DNA of 38,976 nt from Octopus bimaculoides (taxonomy: Eukaryota), in contig NC_068981.1 of assembly GCF_001194135.2 (NCBI RefSeq), positions 64,534,959 through 64,573,934 on the forward strand, given 5' to 3'. Positions 1-11,042 of the stretch are shown one piece after another. Position numbers and translations under genes: made by a program. Numbering within the stretch: position 1 is the first letter of the stretch; each line of letters begins with the position of its first letter. The notes below the pieces were generated by a model. That model was not told the DNA's origin. It worked only from the letters and a program-made list of their open reading frames with translations, and did no database searches.

Positions 1-35
<35 letters not shown>
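1..35. repeat. (TA)n microsatellite
   Basis: Pure TA dinucleotide run at the window start. Confidence 0.95.
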
Positions 36-36
<1 letters not shown>

Positions 37-340
37 GTTCGTGCAAACGTGTATTTGTGTGTGCTTATATGGTCATGCGGTGTATCCGTGCTTGTGTGTG
101 CATATGTATGCACCTGCTACAAGTAACATCCATCTACAGCTAAATTCTATAATTCTCATCATATAAGAGAAGTGCAATATTAAATCAATAAGTTTTTACT
201 TTACTCGTTTCATTATATTACAATTACGTATCTATCAAATGCTTTTAAAAAGTCGATAATTCCGATATTTGTCAAGGAATTCCGACACTCAGTGACTGTC
301 AAACTGAAAACTTCAGAGGCACTCATCCACTTCACCATAT

Positions 341-420
341 GGCCACGGGCATATGACGTAGTGGTTAAGAGCGCGGGCTACTAACCCCAAGATTCCGAGT
401 TCGATTCCAGGCAGTGACCT
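341..420 (+). mobile_element. tRNA-derived SINE-type head (Pol III A and B boxes), not a functional tRNA
   Basis: A-box-like TGACGTAGTGG at 354-364 and B-box GAGTTCGATTCC at 397-408. GGCCAC(341-346)/GTGACC(414-419) pair 5/6. An anticodon-like arm GGG-CTACTAA-CCC lies at 375-387. Stems are imperfect and it runs directly into (AAT)n. Confidence 0.75.
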
Positions 421-473
421 GAATAATAATAATAATAATAATGATGATGATGATGATGATGATTATAATGATG

Positions 474-557
<84 letters not shown>

Positions 558-569
558 ATAATGATGATG

Positions 570-621
<52 letters not shown>

Positions 622-627
622 CAACAT
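421..627. repeat. Compound (AAT)n/(GAT)n/(AAC)n trinucleotide array
   Basis: Directly visible. It explains the poly-Ile/Met ORFs at 365-677. Confidence 0.95.
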
Positions 628-673
628 CGAAAAATACCTTAGGAATGAGAACCCAGGTTCGAAATTTCCCCAA

Positions 674-718
674 GTAACCTGATGAAGACTGGAGGGTATA
701 TCAGCCGAAACGAGTTAG
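674..718 (+). ncRNA. Degenerate minimal type I hammerhead-ribozyme-like motif
   Basis: TAAC(675-678), CTGATGA(679-685), a, GACTG/CAGCC stem (687-706, one mismatch), GAAAC(707-711), GA, GTTA(714-717). Core boxes, helix II and helix I are in hammerhead order. The U of the NUH cleavage triplet is missing. Confidence 0.55.
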
Positions 719-1965
719 CAACAAACAAGTTGTGGACAAATATCCGTCAAATGTAATTGATGTAAATAATGTACATAATTCCTCATCTCTTAAATATAGA
801 ACTGTATCGCTCTTTCTTGTATGACAAGTAGTCAACTTCATGATTTACATTCTAACGTAATGCTACCGAAGCTATCAGGTTCAAGGCGAAAGTTAAACAT
901 TGTATGAGGGTGTTGCCTGGACAATTGAACCATAGACCATTGGCAAATATAGTACTGCCATAAAAAAAAATTAAAATGTATGAAACATCCTGGAATGGAT
1001 CAAACTTTCTAGCAGAGATCTTGAAAAAGAATGGTTACTTGTACTCATGTACGTTTCGTAACCTCATCCCAGCGTAGAACGAGGTGTATATATGTACCTA
1101 AACATTTGAAGGATGCCAACCACCTTCAGAGAGAAGGAAAGGAAAACAACTTTATTTGCTCCAAATATGAGAGTCGAGCACTCCTGTTCATAGATGGGAA
1201 GCTCAAAGTAAAACTTCTGGGCAAATCAATAACAGAATTCATCAAATCAAAGTTTAACTATGGTAGTCACATGATTTCCGGTAAAGTCAAAATGATATTT
1301 ATCACAAGACAACACCAGAAGAAATGCGAAGAAAAGTATCGGAACATTTTCGTTATGTTTGTGTATATGTCAAAGGCTTTATCATTCCGTATAGGAAACT
1401 TCGGAGACTTTCGTTGACTGCCCTAAAGTCAATCAACATTTTGTTGGTTCAAATCGTTTTTGGAAAGCAGAAATCAGCGTAAAAATATGCTGCCTCGCAT
1501 ATTGTTTCTTATCTTCCTTATTTGGACTTCCACATAATTTTAAAGAGTGGAAAGAGAGTAGGAATTCAGAGAGAAGATTCTCTCTCCCTCTCACACACAC
1601 TCTCTCTCTCTCTCTCTATTCATCGACTTTTTGTAAGTAGAATGTCAGCAAGCAACTGGTTGTACCCTTGCAATTCAGGGAGCCAGGCTGCATCATTTTT
1701 AGCTACAGCAGATCCGACGAGGAATAACACAAACAGACCCAAACAAATTTATTTAAAGTACCAGTCTTATACTGAGGACTAGATATCGACTAACCACCCA
1801 ACAAAATCACTGGATTTGTACCTAAATTAGAAACCATTCAGTCAAGTGGTGGGATCAATGGTACAGTTCTGCCTCAGGCTCTCCAAATCATCAAAATTAT
1901 ACCTTAATTAGGAACCATTATTAATGTTGTTGATGTTGTTGTTGTTTATAGTATCACCAATACGT

Positions 1966-2168
1966 CAAGCTGACAGTATTGTTAGCGTATCGAAAAAAAT
2001 GTATCACAATATTTCTTTCAGCAATTTATAATTCTAAGTTCAAATCCTGCTGAGGTCAGCTTTGCCTTGCACCATTTTAGAGTCAAAGAAACGAAGTGCC
2101 GGTCAAGTATTAGGTCAATGTAATCGATTGACCCACTCTTGAAAATTGTAGGTCCTTTGACTAATTTA
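1966..2168 (+). mobile_element. SINE family A, old degenerate copy
   Basis: GAGGTCAGCTTTGCCTT...AAGTGCC...GTCAATGTAATCGA aligns with the well-preserved copy at 13043-13267. Confidence 0.65.
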
Positions 2169-2218
2169 TAATCAGATATTAATGATATGCATATTTGCGT
2201 GTGGCTGTGTTTCTCTGT

Positions 2219-2299
2219 GTGTGTGCTTGCATGTGTGTGCTTGCATGTGTGTGCTTACATGTGTGTGCTTGCATGTGTGTGCTTGCATGTGTGTGCTTG
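2219..2299. repeat. 14-bp minisatellite (GTGTGTGCTTGCAT) x ~5.8
   Basis: Five near-perfect units plus a partial unit; one unit has a G>A change. Confidence 0.9.
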
Positions 2300-3321
2300 T
2301 GTGTACATTTACATACGTACATATATGCATAAATACATACATACATACTTGCATGCACGCATTCATACATACATACATACGTACATATTACGTTCCATAC
2401 TAGTATATTGATAAGATATAAATCGGGTAGAATGCGATTCTAGAAAAGCCATGATGAAAGAACTGAAACGATAGTAGATATTTTTTTTAATAATTTAAAA
2501 GCCAAAAAGAAGAGTTATTTTACAGAATTCTTCATATTCTTTGATACTATTTTTTCTTCCTTTTTTTTTCTCCTCTAAGATAAAGATTTAGATAATTCCA
2601 GTATTGCGGGTGAAACTGCTTTTTATGAGTGCGGAAGTATTCTTATGCTAGGAACATCAAAACAACTAAAATAATATTAAATATAAAATTATAATAATAA
2701 ATAATTCCAAATAATCTATAGCTGACGACTATTTTTTCACTGGTTCATATGGAAGATAACCCTGAGCATTTCTCGCTTGGTTTGGTATCTTTAACAGAAG
2801 TATAATCTCGCAGCTCCTGAAATATCATTGATTTCATCATTACGCTTCTAGTATTCTATAAAATAAAAAAATAAAGAATTCTGTTGCTGAGGCAAAAATT
2901 ATACATTATTTTGAAATGAACTGCGCAATAAGATTCGTAGTCGGTGCATATGATCTTCATATGAAATTTTTTTTTTATTATTCCTCTACTTTAACTTCTT
3001 TTAGGCGAATAGAAGATAACTTAAGATCACAGCAGTAAGTTTTTGCGTGTCTCCTTCAGCAGCTATGTTCAAGTTATTATTCATATTCTATTTTTTTAGT
3101 GTTTTTATTTAGTTATTTTGTAAGTATTTTCAATCGTTTCTAAACATTTTTGAAAAGCACACAAATGATTGCAAAGTTTTTGCTATGTTAACCCAATATA
3201 TTTCATGAGCAAATAAAATATCTATCCGGTTACTTATTTAGTTCTCTCGTTAGTAATAAAGATACACATATGCGTGCGCGCAACGCGAAAGTTGGTAGCG
3301 AACACATGGATTTATATGTTC

Positions 3322-3324
<3 letters not shown>

Positions 3325-3388
<64 letters not shown>
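3325..3388. repeat. (TA)n microsatellite
   Basis: Directly visible. Confidence 0.95.
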
Positions 3389-3389
<1 letters not shown>

Positions 3390-3806
3390 TACAAAATGGG
3401 ACCAGAACGCAAAACATCCAGACAGTTAGGTGATACAAGAAGGACAGGTTATTCGGAGTTTTCTTTCCTCAGTCGAGATCCAGATTATCTTTGCAATTTC
3501 GGCTGGATATTGCTGGTTATTGCTCCAATCTGGCAAAACCCAAGAAAAAAACTAAGCTAAGAGCATTAGATTCCTTGGAAGAAAGTAGTGAATGTATACA
3601 AAAACAAGGACGGAAAAAAACGAACAAGGTTACACAAATACAATAAAAATAAAATAATAACAACAGATGTCTTTCGACTAAGGATGAATTAAATTAAGCT
3701 GGGGTGTGCGGAAATAAAGCCTTACGGCAGGGATACAAGATTTCACAGGCACAGGGAGGAATATCGATGTTGCACGCACAACGGCCGGCCAAGTTAGAAA
3801 GATCAG
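3390..3806. repeat. Unclassified interspersed repeat (putative)
   Basis: A complex-sequence block bounded by (TA)n on the left and (GAA)n on the right. It resembles an octopus dispersed repeat from memory only; there is no second copy in the window. Confidence 0.35.
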
Positions 3807-3853
3807 GAAGAAGAAGAAGAAGAAGAAGAAGAAGAAGAAGAAGAAGAAGAAGA
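3807..3853. repeat. (GAA)n microsatellite abutting an assembly gap
   Basis: Directly visible. Confidence 0.95.
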
Positions 3854-4238
3854 ANNNNNNNNNNNNNNNNNNNNNNNNNNNNNNNNNNNNNNNNNNNNNN
3901 NNNNNNNNNNNNNNNNNNNNNNNNNNNNNNNNNNNNNNNNNNNNNNNNNNNNNNNNNNNNNNNNNNNNNNNNNNNNNNNNNNNNNNNNNNNNNNNNNNNN
4001 NNNNNNNNNNNNNNNNNNNNNNNNNNNNNNNNNNNNNNNNNNNNNNNNNNNNNNNNNNNNNNNNNNNNNNNNNNNNNNNNNNNNNNNNNNNNNNNNNNNN
4101 NNNNNNNNNNNNNNNNNNNNNNNNNNNNNNNNNNNNNNNNNNNNNNNNNNNNNNNNNNNNNNNNNNNNNNNNNNNNNNNNNNNNNNNNNNNNNNNNNNNN
4201 NNNNNNNNNNNNNNNNNNNNNNNNNNNNNNNNNNNNCA

Positions 4239-4590
4239 GCAGATGACAACGTTTACCTAAAAGAAATGGAAAAACTTTCAAAATACAAAGACCTGGAAAT
4301 AGAGATAACTCAAATGTGGAATCTAAAAACAGAAACAATTCCTATCATAGTAGGTGCCTTAGGTATAATAAAAGAATATTCAGACAAATACATAACAAAA
4401 ACACCAGGACTTACAAATATATATAACATACAGAAAATTGCACTACTGGGCACTGCACACATCCTACGCAAAATACTTTCAATACAATAACCATTAGAGC
4501 ATCACAGCAAACCACAGCACATACCCAAGGCACACAGAGTTGCGCTCGGTAGTGAAGTGAAAGCACGTTATAAAAATAAAACTACTGAAC
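4239..4590 (+). mobile_element. 3' end of an RLE-type non-LTR retrotransposon (R4/Dong/HERO-like), endonuclease C-terminus plus 3' UTR
   Basis: 4239-4490 translates to ADDNVYLKEMEKLSKYKDLEIEITQMWNLKTETIPIIVGALG...IQKIALLGTAHILRKILSIQ*. This matches the EK..KY.DL..E...W...P..GALG...Q...L.GT..ILR pattern of restriction-like endonuclease LINEs. A ~100-bp UTR and an (AAC)n/(AAT)n tail follow. The 5' part is lost in the N gap. Confidence 0.85.
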
Positions 4591-4609
4591 AATAAGAAGA
4601 ATAACAAAA

Positions 4610-4630
4610 GCAACAACAACAACAACAACA

Positions 4631-4667
<37 letters not shown>

Positions 4668-4705
4668 AATAATAATAATAATAATGATGATGATGATAAT
4701 GATAA
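4610..4705. repeat. (AAC)n/(AAT)n/(GAT)n trinucleotide array
   Basis: Directly visible, immediately 3' of the RLE LINE end. Confidence 0.9.
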
Positions 4706-5049
4706 TACTATCGGTACTGCTACTCTTCTGTATTTAACCAAATGTGGAAGGTCTGTCATCACAAATTCTACAAAAACCTCTAATCATATGACTATATGAA
4801 CCCCAATGACGACACATTTGTGCGATCACTCAAGCTGCTAGATATAACAACTAAGTCTCTGTCGGATTAACCCAGCTATTTTGGATTATGTAAACCAAGT
4901 TGAGATGTGTAAGAAGACGGGATGGCCGCGGTTAAAATGACACGAATCATGTCGGCTCAACCACGGATATGATACGATGGGTGTTAGATAACAGTAACTA
5001 TCACTGATATCAATATATTAAAATGATCAATATCGTCACGATCAATACC

Positions 5050-5101
5050 ACTACATCGTTTCCACTACCACTATCACCACCATTACTACTACCACTACTA
5101 C

Positions 5102-5146
<45 letters not shown>

Positions 5147-5474
5147 CACCACCACCACCNNNNNNNNNNNNNNNNNNNNNNNNNNNNNNNNNNNNNNNNN
5201 NNNNNNNNNNNNNNNNNNNNNNNNNNNNNNNNNNNNNNNNNNNNNNNNNNNNNNNNNNNNNNNNNNNNNNNNNNNNNNNNNNNNNNNNNNNNNNNNNNNN
5301 NNNNNNNNNNNNNNNNNNNNNNNNNNNNNNNNNNNNNNNNNNNNNNNNNNNNNNNNNNNNNNNNNNNNNNNNNNNNNNNNNNNNNNNNNNNNNNNNNNNN
5401 NNNNNNNNNNNNNNNNNNNNNNNNNNNNNNNNNNNNNNNNNNNNNNNNNNNNNNNNNNNNNNNNNNNNNNNNNN

Positions 5475-5506
<32 letters not shown>

Positions 5507-5740
5507 TTGACTGAACAGCCACAACAAATCCCATCGCTTCCATCACAACAACCACTATAGCCACCATCACCATAATCACCGCCACCACCACCACTACCAC
5601 TACTATTGATACGAATACTATTAGCACACCTACTACTACTTCCACTACTACCTTAAACGCCACCACCACCAATATCAATACCGCTACTTTTACAAACACC
5701 ACAACTATCACAACAACAACAACCTCCATCACCGTCACTA
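5050..5740. repeat. (ACT)n/(ACC)n/(ACA)n degenerate trinucleotide array spanning a gap
   Basis: Directly visible. It explains the poly-Val/Thr ORFs. Confidence 0.9.
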
Positions 5741-6297
5741 CCATTTATTCTTATTAAAGATACCGTAATGGAGTAGGACGTTGAATGCATGAACAGAGAG
5801 CAAGAACAACAATCTCAAAAGCGATGTTTGAAAAACCCTACAAAAATAAAAAATTAATAAAAATGGAAAAAAAACGTTAACAGCTTGATTATTATGATGG
5901 AGCTGATAATGTTCGTGATAGTGAAAGTGATAGTCATGTTCTTAATGATAACAGTCTCTGTGGGAGGAGTTGACAACGATATAGGAAGATAGGGGTGCAA
6001 GATAAAAAAAAAAAAGTAACGGGTATAGAGTCGATGGCTGCAAGCACTGAATTATGTGGGAGAAGGTTAATAAAAGACAGAGAAGGGAGTAAAAAAGAAT
6101 AATGTAATAGGGGTTGTTTTGTGTACTGAATGAACGGTGAATGTTACCAAACAAAGCCCAAGTAAATTATTTGGAATTAGAAACGACAATCCTGTTTCGA
6201 ATTTTCCTTGATGAAGCTTATTTTATTTATCATATTGATGTTTTTCGAAGCAGCATGAATGTCACTCCTTCTCTCTCCTCACTTCCCCCCCTCTCTC

Positions 6298-6474
6298 TCA
6301 AGACTTTCGCTCACGGTAGCCATCGACGACTTTTCTCCACTCTTCTCGACCCTGGGCTATTCTTTCTGCCTCTCTGCAGTTGGATCCCTGTTTCGTTGCA
6401 GTTTCCTTTCGGATTTTGTTCCACCTTATCGTGTTTTCCTGAGTGATGACAGACCTTCCTCTCCCAGCCTTTGT
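6298..6474 (-). mobile_element. RTE-clade LINE C-terminal remnant
   Basis: An open minus frame reads TKAGRGRSVITQENTIRWNKIRKETATKQGSNCREAERIAQGREEWRKVVDGYRERKS*. It fits the RTE C-terminal pattern W..I.....G...EA...AQ.R..WR..V and is followed by a GA-rich tail. Confidence 0.6.
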
Positions 6475-7545
6475 AGTTTTTAATTACCATCGATATTTCC
6501 GGTAAGGGTGTTGCTCTTACGCAAAAACATTTATGTCTAGGATGAGGTAGTTCATATTAGTCAAGATTCTGTCCTTCGACATGTCCAGGACGGGAGTGCC
6601 GTACCAGGAGCTTGCGGTCCTCTGAGATATCTTGCAGAGCCACCAGTCACAACGCCGCAACAACAACAATGTACTTATATGAAATGGTCTAATAAAGTAC
6701 CAAACCTGAATTGTAGGCTAAACTGAATGGTAATGGTCACGATTCTTGATATAAACTCGTGTGTACTAACTGATTGTTTGACCGAACGAATATTCAAGCA
6801 ATCGATTAATTAATTAATCGGTTTAATACTTAGCTATTTAACAAATAATCATAAAAGGGAAATATAACCAGTGCGTGTATTTATCGTTGGCATAATTACC
6901 CTCTCGAGATACAACAAAATGTACTTTTCAAGACTAATAAATAAACACTAACGAGCTTATGTAATAACCTAAGTGCACCATGGAATACGATTGTGTGTGT
7001 ACGCACGTATGTATGTATGCATGAACATATGTATGTATATATGAACGAATGATAGTATATCTTTATGTATGAATGCATGTATGCATGTATGTATGTATGT
7101 ATGTTTGTATGTATGTATGTTTGTATGTGAATAGATGGATCTATTGCATGGCTAAAAGTCATAAATTAATTTATTGAAGAATCCTTTGTATGAAATTGCC
7201 TGCTGATTACTAATGAGCGTTTCTTACACAATTTCTTTCGCCCAATCGACCTCATCTCCTATTCATAACTTCTGTCGCGGTTCATAGATACTCAGAGGCT
7301 GCAAACATAATAGGCGACAGCACTGAAATCGTAACAGCAAATGCACGCATGCATACACACTAACAAGTCAACAATTATATTATAAAATTATATTATAAAA
7401 ACACGATCACATACGGACGTAATTATACATATCCTTGTGTTTGTACTTAAGTATAAGGCTTATGATTTCTGCTAACCTGTTTCCAACTAATTTTGGCTAA
7501 CTCCTGCCGGAGTGTTTGCCATTTTATGGCCAAGTTTAAGGTATT

Positions 7546-7586
<41 letters not shown>

Positions 7587-8544
7587 NNNNNNNNNNNNNN
7601 NNNNNNNNNNNNNNNNNNNNNNNNNNNNNNNNNNNNNNNNNNNNNNNNNNNNNNNNNNNNNNNNNNNNNNNNNNNNNNNNNNNNNNNNNNNNNNNNNNNN
7701 NNNNNNNNNNNNNNNNNNNNNNNNNNNNNNNNNNNNNNNNNNNNNNNNNNNNNNNNNNNNNNNNNNNNNNNNNNNNNNNNNNNNNNNNNNNNNNNNNNNN
7801 NNNNNNNNNNNNNNNNNNNNNNNNNNNNNNNNNNNNNNNNNNNNNNNNNNNNNNNNNNNNNNNNNNNNNNNNNNNNNNNNNNNNNNNNNNNNNNNNNNNN
7901 NNNNNNNNNNNNNNNNNNNNNNNNNNNNNNNNNNNNNNNNNNNNNNNNNNNNNNNNNNNNNNNNNNNNNNNNNNNNNNNNNNNNNNNNNNNNNNNNNNNN
8001 NNNNNNNNNNNNNNNNNNNNNNNNNNNNNNNNNNNNNNNNNNNNNNNNNNNNNNNNNNNNNNNNNNNNNNNNNNNNNNNNNNNNNNNNNNNNNNNNNNNN
8101 NNNNNNNNNNNNNNNNNNNNNNNNNNNNNNNNNNNNNNNNNNNNNNNNNNNNNNNNNNNNNNNNNNNNNNNNNNNNNNNNNNNNNNNNNNNNNNNNNNNN
8201 NNNNNNNNNNNNNNNNNNNNNNNNNNNNNNNNNNNNNNNNNNNNNNNNNNNNNNNNNNNNNNNNNNNNNNNNNNNNNNNNNNNNNNNNNNNNNNNNNNNN
8301 NNNNNNNNNNNNNNNNNNNNNNNNNNNNNNNNNNNNNNNNNNNNNNNNNNNNNNNNNNNNNNNNNNNNNNNNNNNNNNNNNNNNNNNNNNNNNNNNNNNN
8401 NNNNNNNNNNNNNNNNNNNNNNNNNNNNNNNNNNNNNNNNNNNNNNNNNNNNNNNNNNNNNNNNNNNNNNNNNNNNNNNNNNNNNNNNNNNNNNNNNNNN
8501 NNNNNNNNNNNNNNNNNNNNNNNNNNNNNNNNNNNNNNNNNNNN

Positions 8545-8595
<51 letters not shown>

Positions 8596-8651
8596 TAGAT
8601 ATAAATATAGATATAGATATATATATACTTATATATATATATACATATATG

Positions 8652-8727
<76 letters not shown>
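8545..8727. repeat. Compound (ATAG)n/(TA)n/(GT)n/(GA)n/(GACA)n microsatellite
   Basis: Directly visible. Confidence 0.9.
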
Positions 8728-9189
8728 CATGGTGAACGATTGGGGCGGTTGGCTAACAAAGCTGTCACATAAGTGTGTGACATTGTACATGGTGTTTTCT
8801 ATTGTAGGCGTAAGTGATGTAAATGGACAGCGCCGTAACAAAGTGGCGGTTATGCTGCTGTGGTGTTAGTGAGAGTGGGAGTGGAAGTAGGAATGTGATC
8901 TGCAATTATGTGTGGAGCTTTGTGTGTGTGTGTGCCAGAGATGGAGACTTCTAGTGTGTTTGCGGTGTTTGTATAATAAGCGTGATTTTTACGAATGCAT
9001 GTTTTTGTACAGTGAAATGAAACAAAGATGGTGGTGATGGTAATGGTGTTGGTGGTGGTGGTGATTGTGGAGGTTGTGGTAGTGATTGTGGTTGTGGTCG
9101 TGGTGGTGCATGGTGTAATGGTGGTGGTGGTGGTGGTGGTGTTGACTGTAGCAGTATTGATTGTGTGTACGTGTGTTTATATACGTTTG

Positions 9190-9234
<45 letters not shown>

Positions 9235-10141
9235 NNNNNNNNNNNNNNNNNNNNNNNNNNNNNNNNNNNNNNNNNNNNNNNNNNNNNNNNNNNNNNNNNN
9301 NNNNNNNNNNNNNNNNNNNNNNNNNNNNNNNNNNNNNNNNNNNNNNNNNNNNNNNNNNNNNNNNNNNNNNNNNNNNNNNNNNNNNNNNNNNNNNNNNNNN
9401 NNNNNNNNNNNNNNNNNNNNNNNNNNNNNNNNNNNNNNNNNNNNNNNNNNNNNNNNNNNNNNNNNNNNNNNNNNNNNNNNNNNNNNNNNNNNNNNNNNNN
9501 NNNNNNNNNNNNNNNNNNNNNNNNNNNNNNNNNNNNNNNNNNNNNNNNNNNNNNNNNNNNNNNNNNNNNNNNNNNNNNNNNNNNNNNNNNNNNNNNNNNN
9601 NNNNNNNNNNNNNNNNNNNNNNNNNNNNNNNNNNGTGATGGTGGTGGTGGTGGTGGTGGTGGTTGTGAGGGTGAGGATGGGGTGGGAGGTCGGTCTTCGT
9701 ATGGGTGAAAGTTAAAGGCAGTCATCGTGGTGACTGTGGCGTTTGTAATGGTGATCGTAGATGTTTGATGTGGTGGGATGGTCGAGGTGGAGTTGTGATG
9801 ATGATGATAAGAGTGGGAGGTGGTTGTTGAAAGGCAAACAAGAGACAGAGACAGAGATAGGCACAGAGAGAGAGAGAGAGTGGCAGAGAGAGAGAGAGAG
9901 GGAGAGAGAGAGAGAGAGAGAGGCAGAGAGAGAGGCAGAGAGAGAGAGGCAGAGTGAGTGAGAAGCCAATTAGGACTACAATATTTTCAACAAATATTGA
10001 GGAATAGAAAGAAGCTACAAGAAGGATGCCGAGGGTATAAGCATGAGTGAAAGACAAAAGAGAGAAAGAGAGGCGAGTAGAGAAAGGAAGAGAGAGAAGG
10101 GGAGAGAAGGGGAGAGACAGACATGGAGAGAAGGAGAGCGG

Positions 10142-10142
<1 letters not shown>

Positions 10143-10207
<65 letters not shown>
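10143..10207. repeat. (GAAA)n microsatellite within a long polypurine tract (~9840-10440)
   Basis: Directly visible. Confidence 0.9.
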
Positions 10208-10467
10208 GGGAGAGAGACGCAGACAGACAGCTATTGAGACAGGCACAGAAAAGGGTAGAAGTGATAAACAGAGAAAAGGGAGAAAACGAAAGATTTGGCA
10301 AAATAGTTAAGGAAATGAAAGGAAAAATCTCAGAAGTATAAAAGAAAGGAAAAGGGATAATGGCGATAATATAAGATGTTTCTGGTGAAAGAAAGACAGA
10401 AGTAGATAAATTAGGAATAAATGATTGGATGAATAAATTGATTAAGTAATTAAAGAATAGACGTGTT

Positions 10468-10615
10468 GGTGTAGGCGTGGCATGGTGGCAAAACGTTTGC
10501 TTACCAACCACATGGTTCCGGGTTCAATCCTACTGCGTGGAACCTTGTCTTCTACTATAGCCGACTAAAGCCTTGCGAGTGGATTATGTAAACGGAAGCT
10601 GGAAGAAGCATGTCG

Positions 10616-10684
<69 letters not shown>

Positions 10685-10907
10685 GAATATGTATGTATGT
10701 GTGTGTGTGTGATTGTCCCCCCCCAACCGTCGCTTGACAACCGATGTTGGTGTCTTTACGTCCCCGTAACGTAGCGGTTCGGCAAGAGATACCGACGGAA
10801 TATGTATTAGGCTTACGAAGAATAAGTCCTGGTGTCGATTTCTTCGACTAAAGGCGGTGCTCCAGCATGGCCGCAGCGAGATGACTAAAACAAGTGAAAG
10901 AGTAAAG
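10468..10907 (+). mobile_element. SINE family B (tRNA head, CORE-like segment), near full length, with internal (TA)n(GT)n
   Basis: B-box GGTTCAATCC at 10521-10530. It is the reverse-complement homologue of 33527-33935 along its length, has an internal microsatellite at 10616-10711 and ends ...CAAGTGAAAGAGTAAAG. Confidence 0.85.
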
Positions 10908-11002
10908 GACACGAAATATAAAAAGAAAGCAAGTAAAAAGGAAAGAGACGTGTTATGGAAAGTGTATGGAAGTCTAGTAATAACAGTACAAAGTGATGAT
11001 AG

Positions 11003-11042
<40 letters not shown>

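Noticed and set aside
341-420. Functional tRNA gene (anticodon ACT)
   Set aside because: The acceptor, anticodon and T stems are imperfect, tRNA-Ser(ACT) is not a standard eukaryotic isoacceptor, and it runs into (AAT)n without a poly-T terminator. It is better explained as a SINE head.
365-677. Poly-Ile/Met ORFs, and the many [20 protein letters not shown] ORFs throughout the track
   Set aside because: They are translations of microsatellites with no stop codons in frame.
1625-1752. Minus frame ICLGLFVLFLVGSAVAKNDAAWLPELQGYNQLLADILLTKSR* resembling a signal peptide plus mature peptide
   Set aside because: There is no start codon, an in-frame stop lies immediately upstream, it abuts a SINE tail, and no family is recognisable.
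3445-3480. Minus-strand CTGAGGA...GAAT hammerhead-like words
   Set aside because: No helix II closing pair, GAAA reads GAAT, and there is no helix I or III.
6560-6668. Possible second RTE 3' end (TGVPYQELAVL*, then a (CAA)n tail)
   Set aside because: Too short and interrupted by a stop. The motif match is insufficient to call.
6803-6820. 18-bp palindrome CGATTAATTAATTAATCG
   Set aside because: It is mostly (TTAA)3, which is intrinsically palindromic and low in information.
7493-8783. Long 300-400 aa ORFs here and at 10857-12116, 18908-20154, 29166-30054 and 34297-35525
   Set aside because: They are artefacts of reading through N gaps.
8729-8815. ACCATGG start, 27 codons and a GGC|GTAAGT donor, overlapping ATTGG and GGGGCGG boxes
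   Set aside because: It sits directly on a (GACA)n run, the peptide is unrecognisable, and no downstream exon joins it convincingly.
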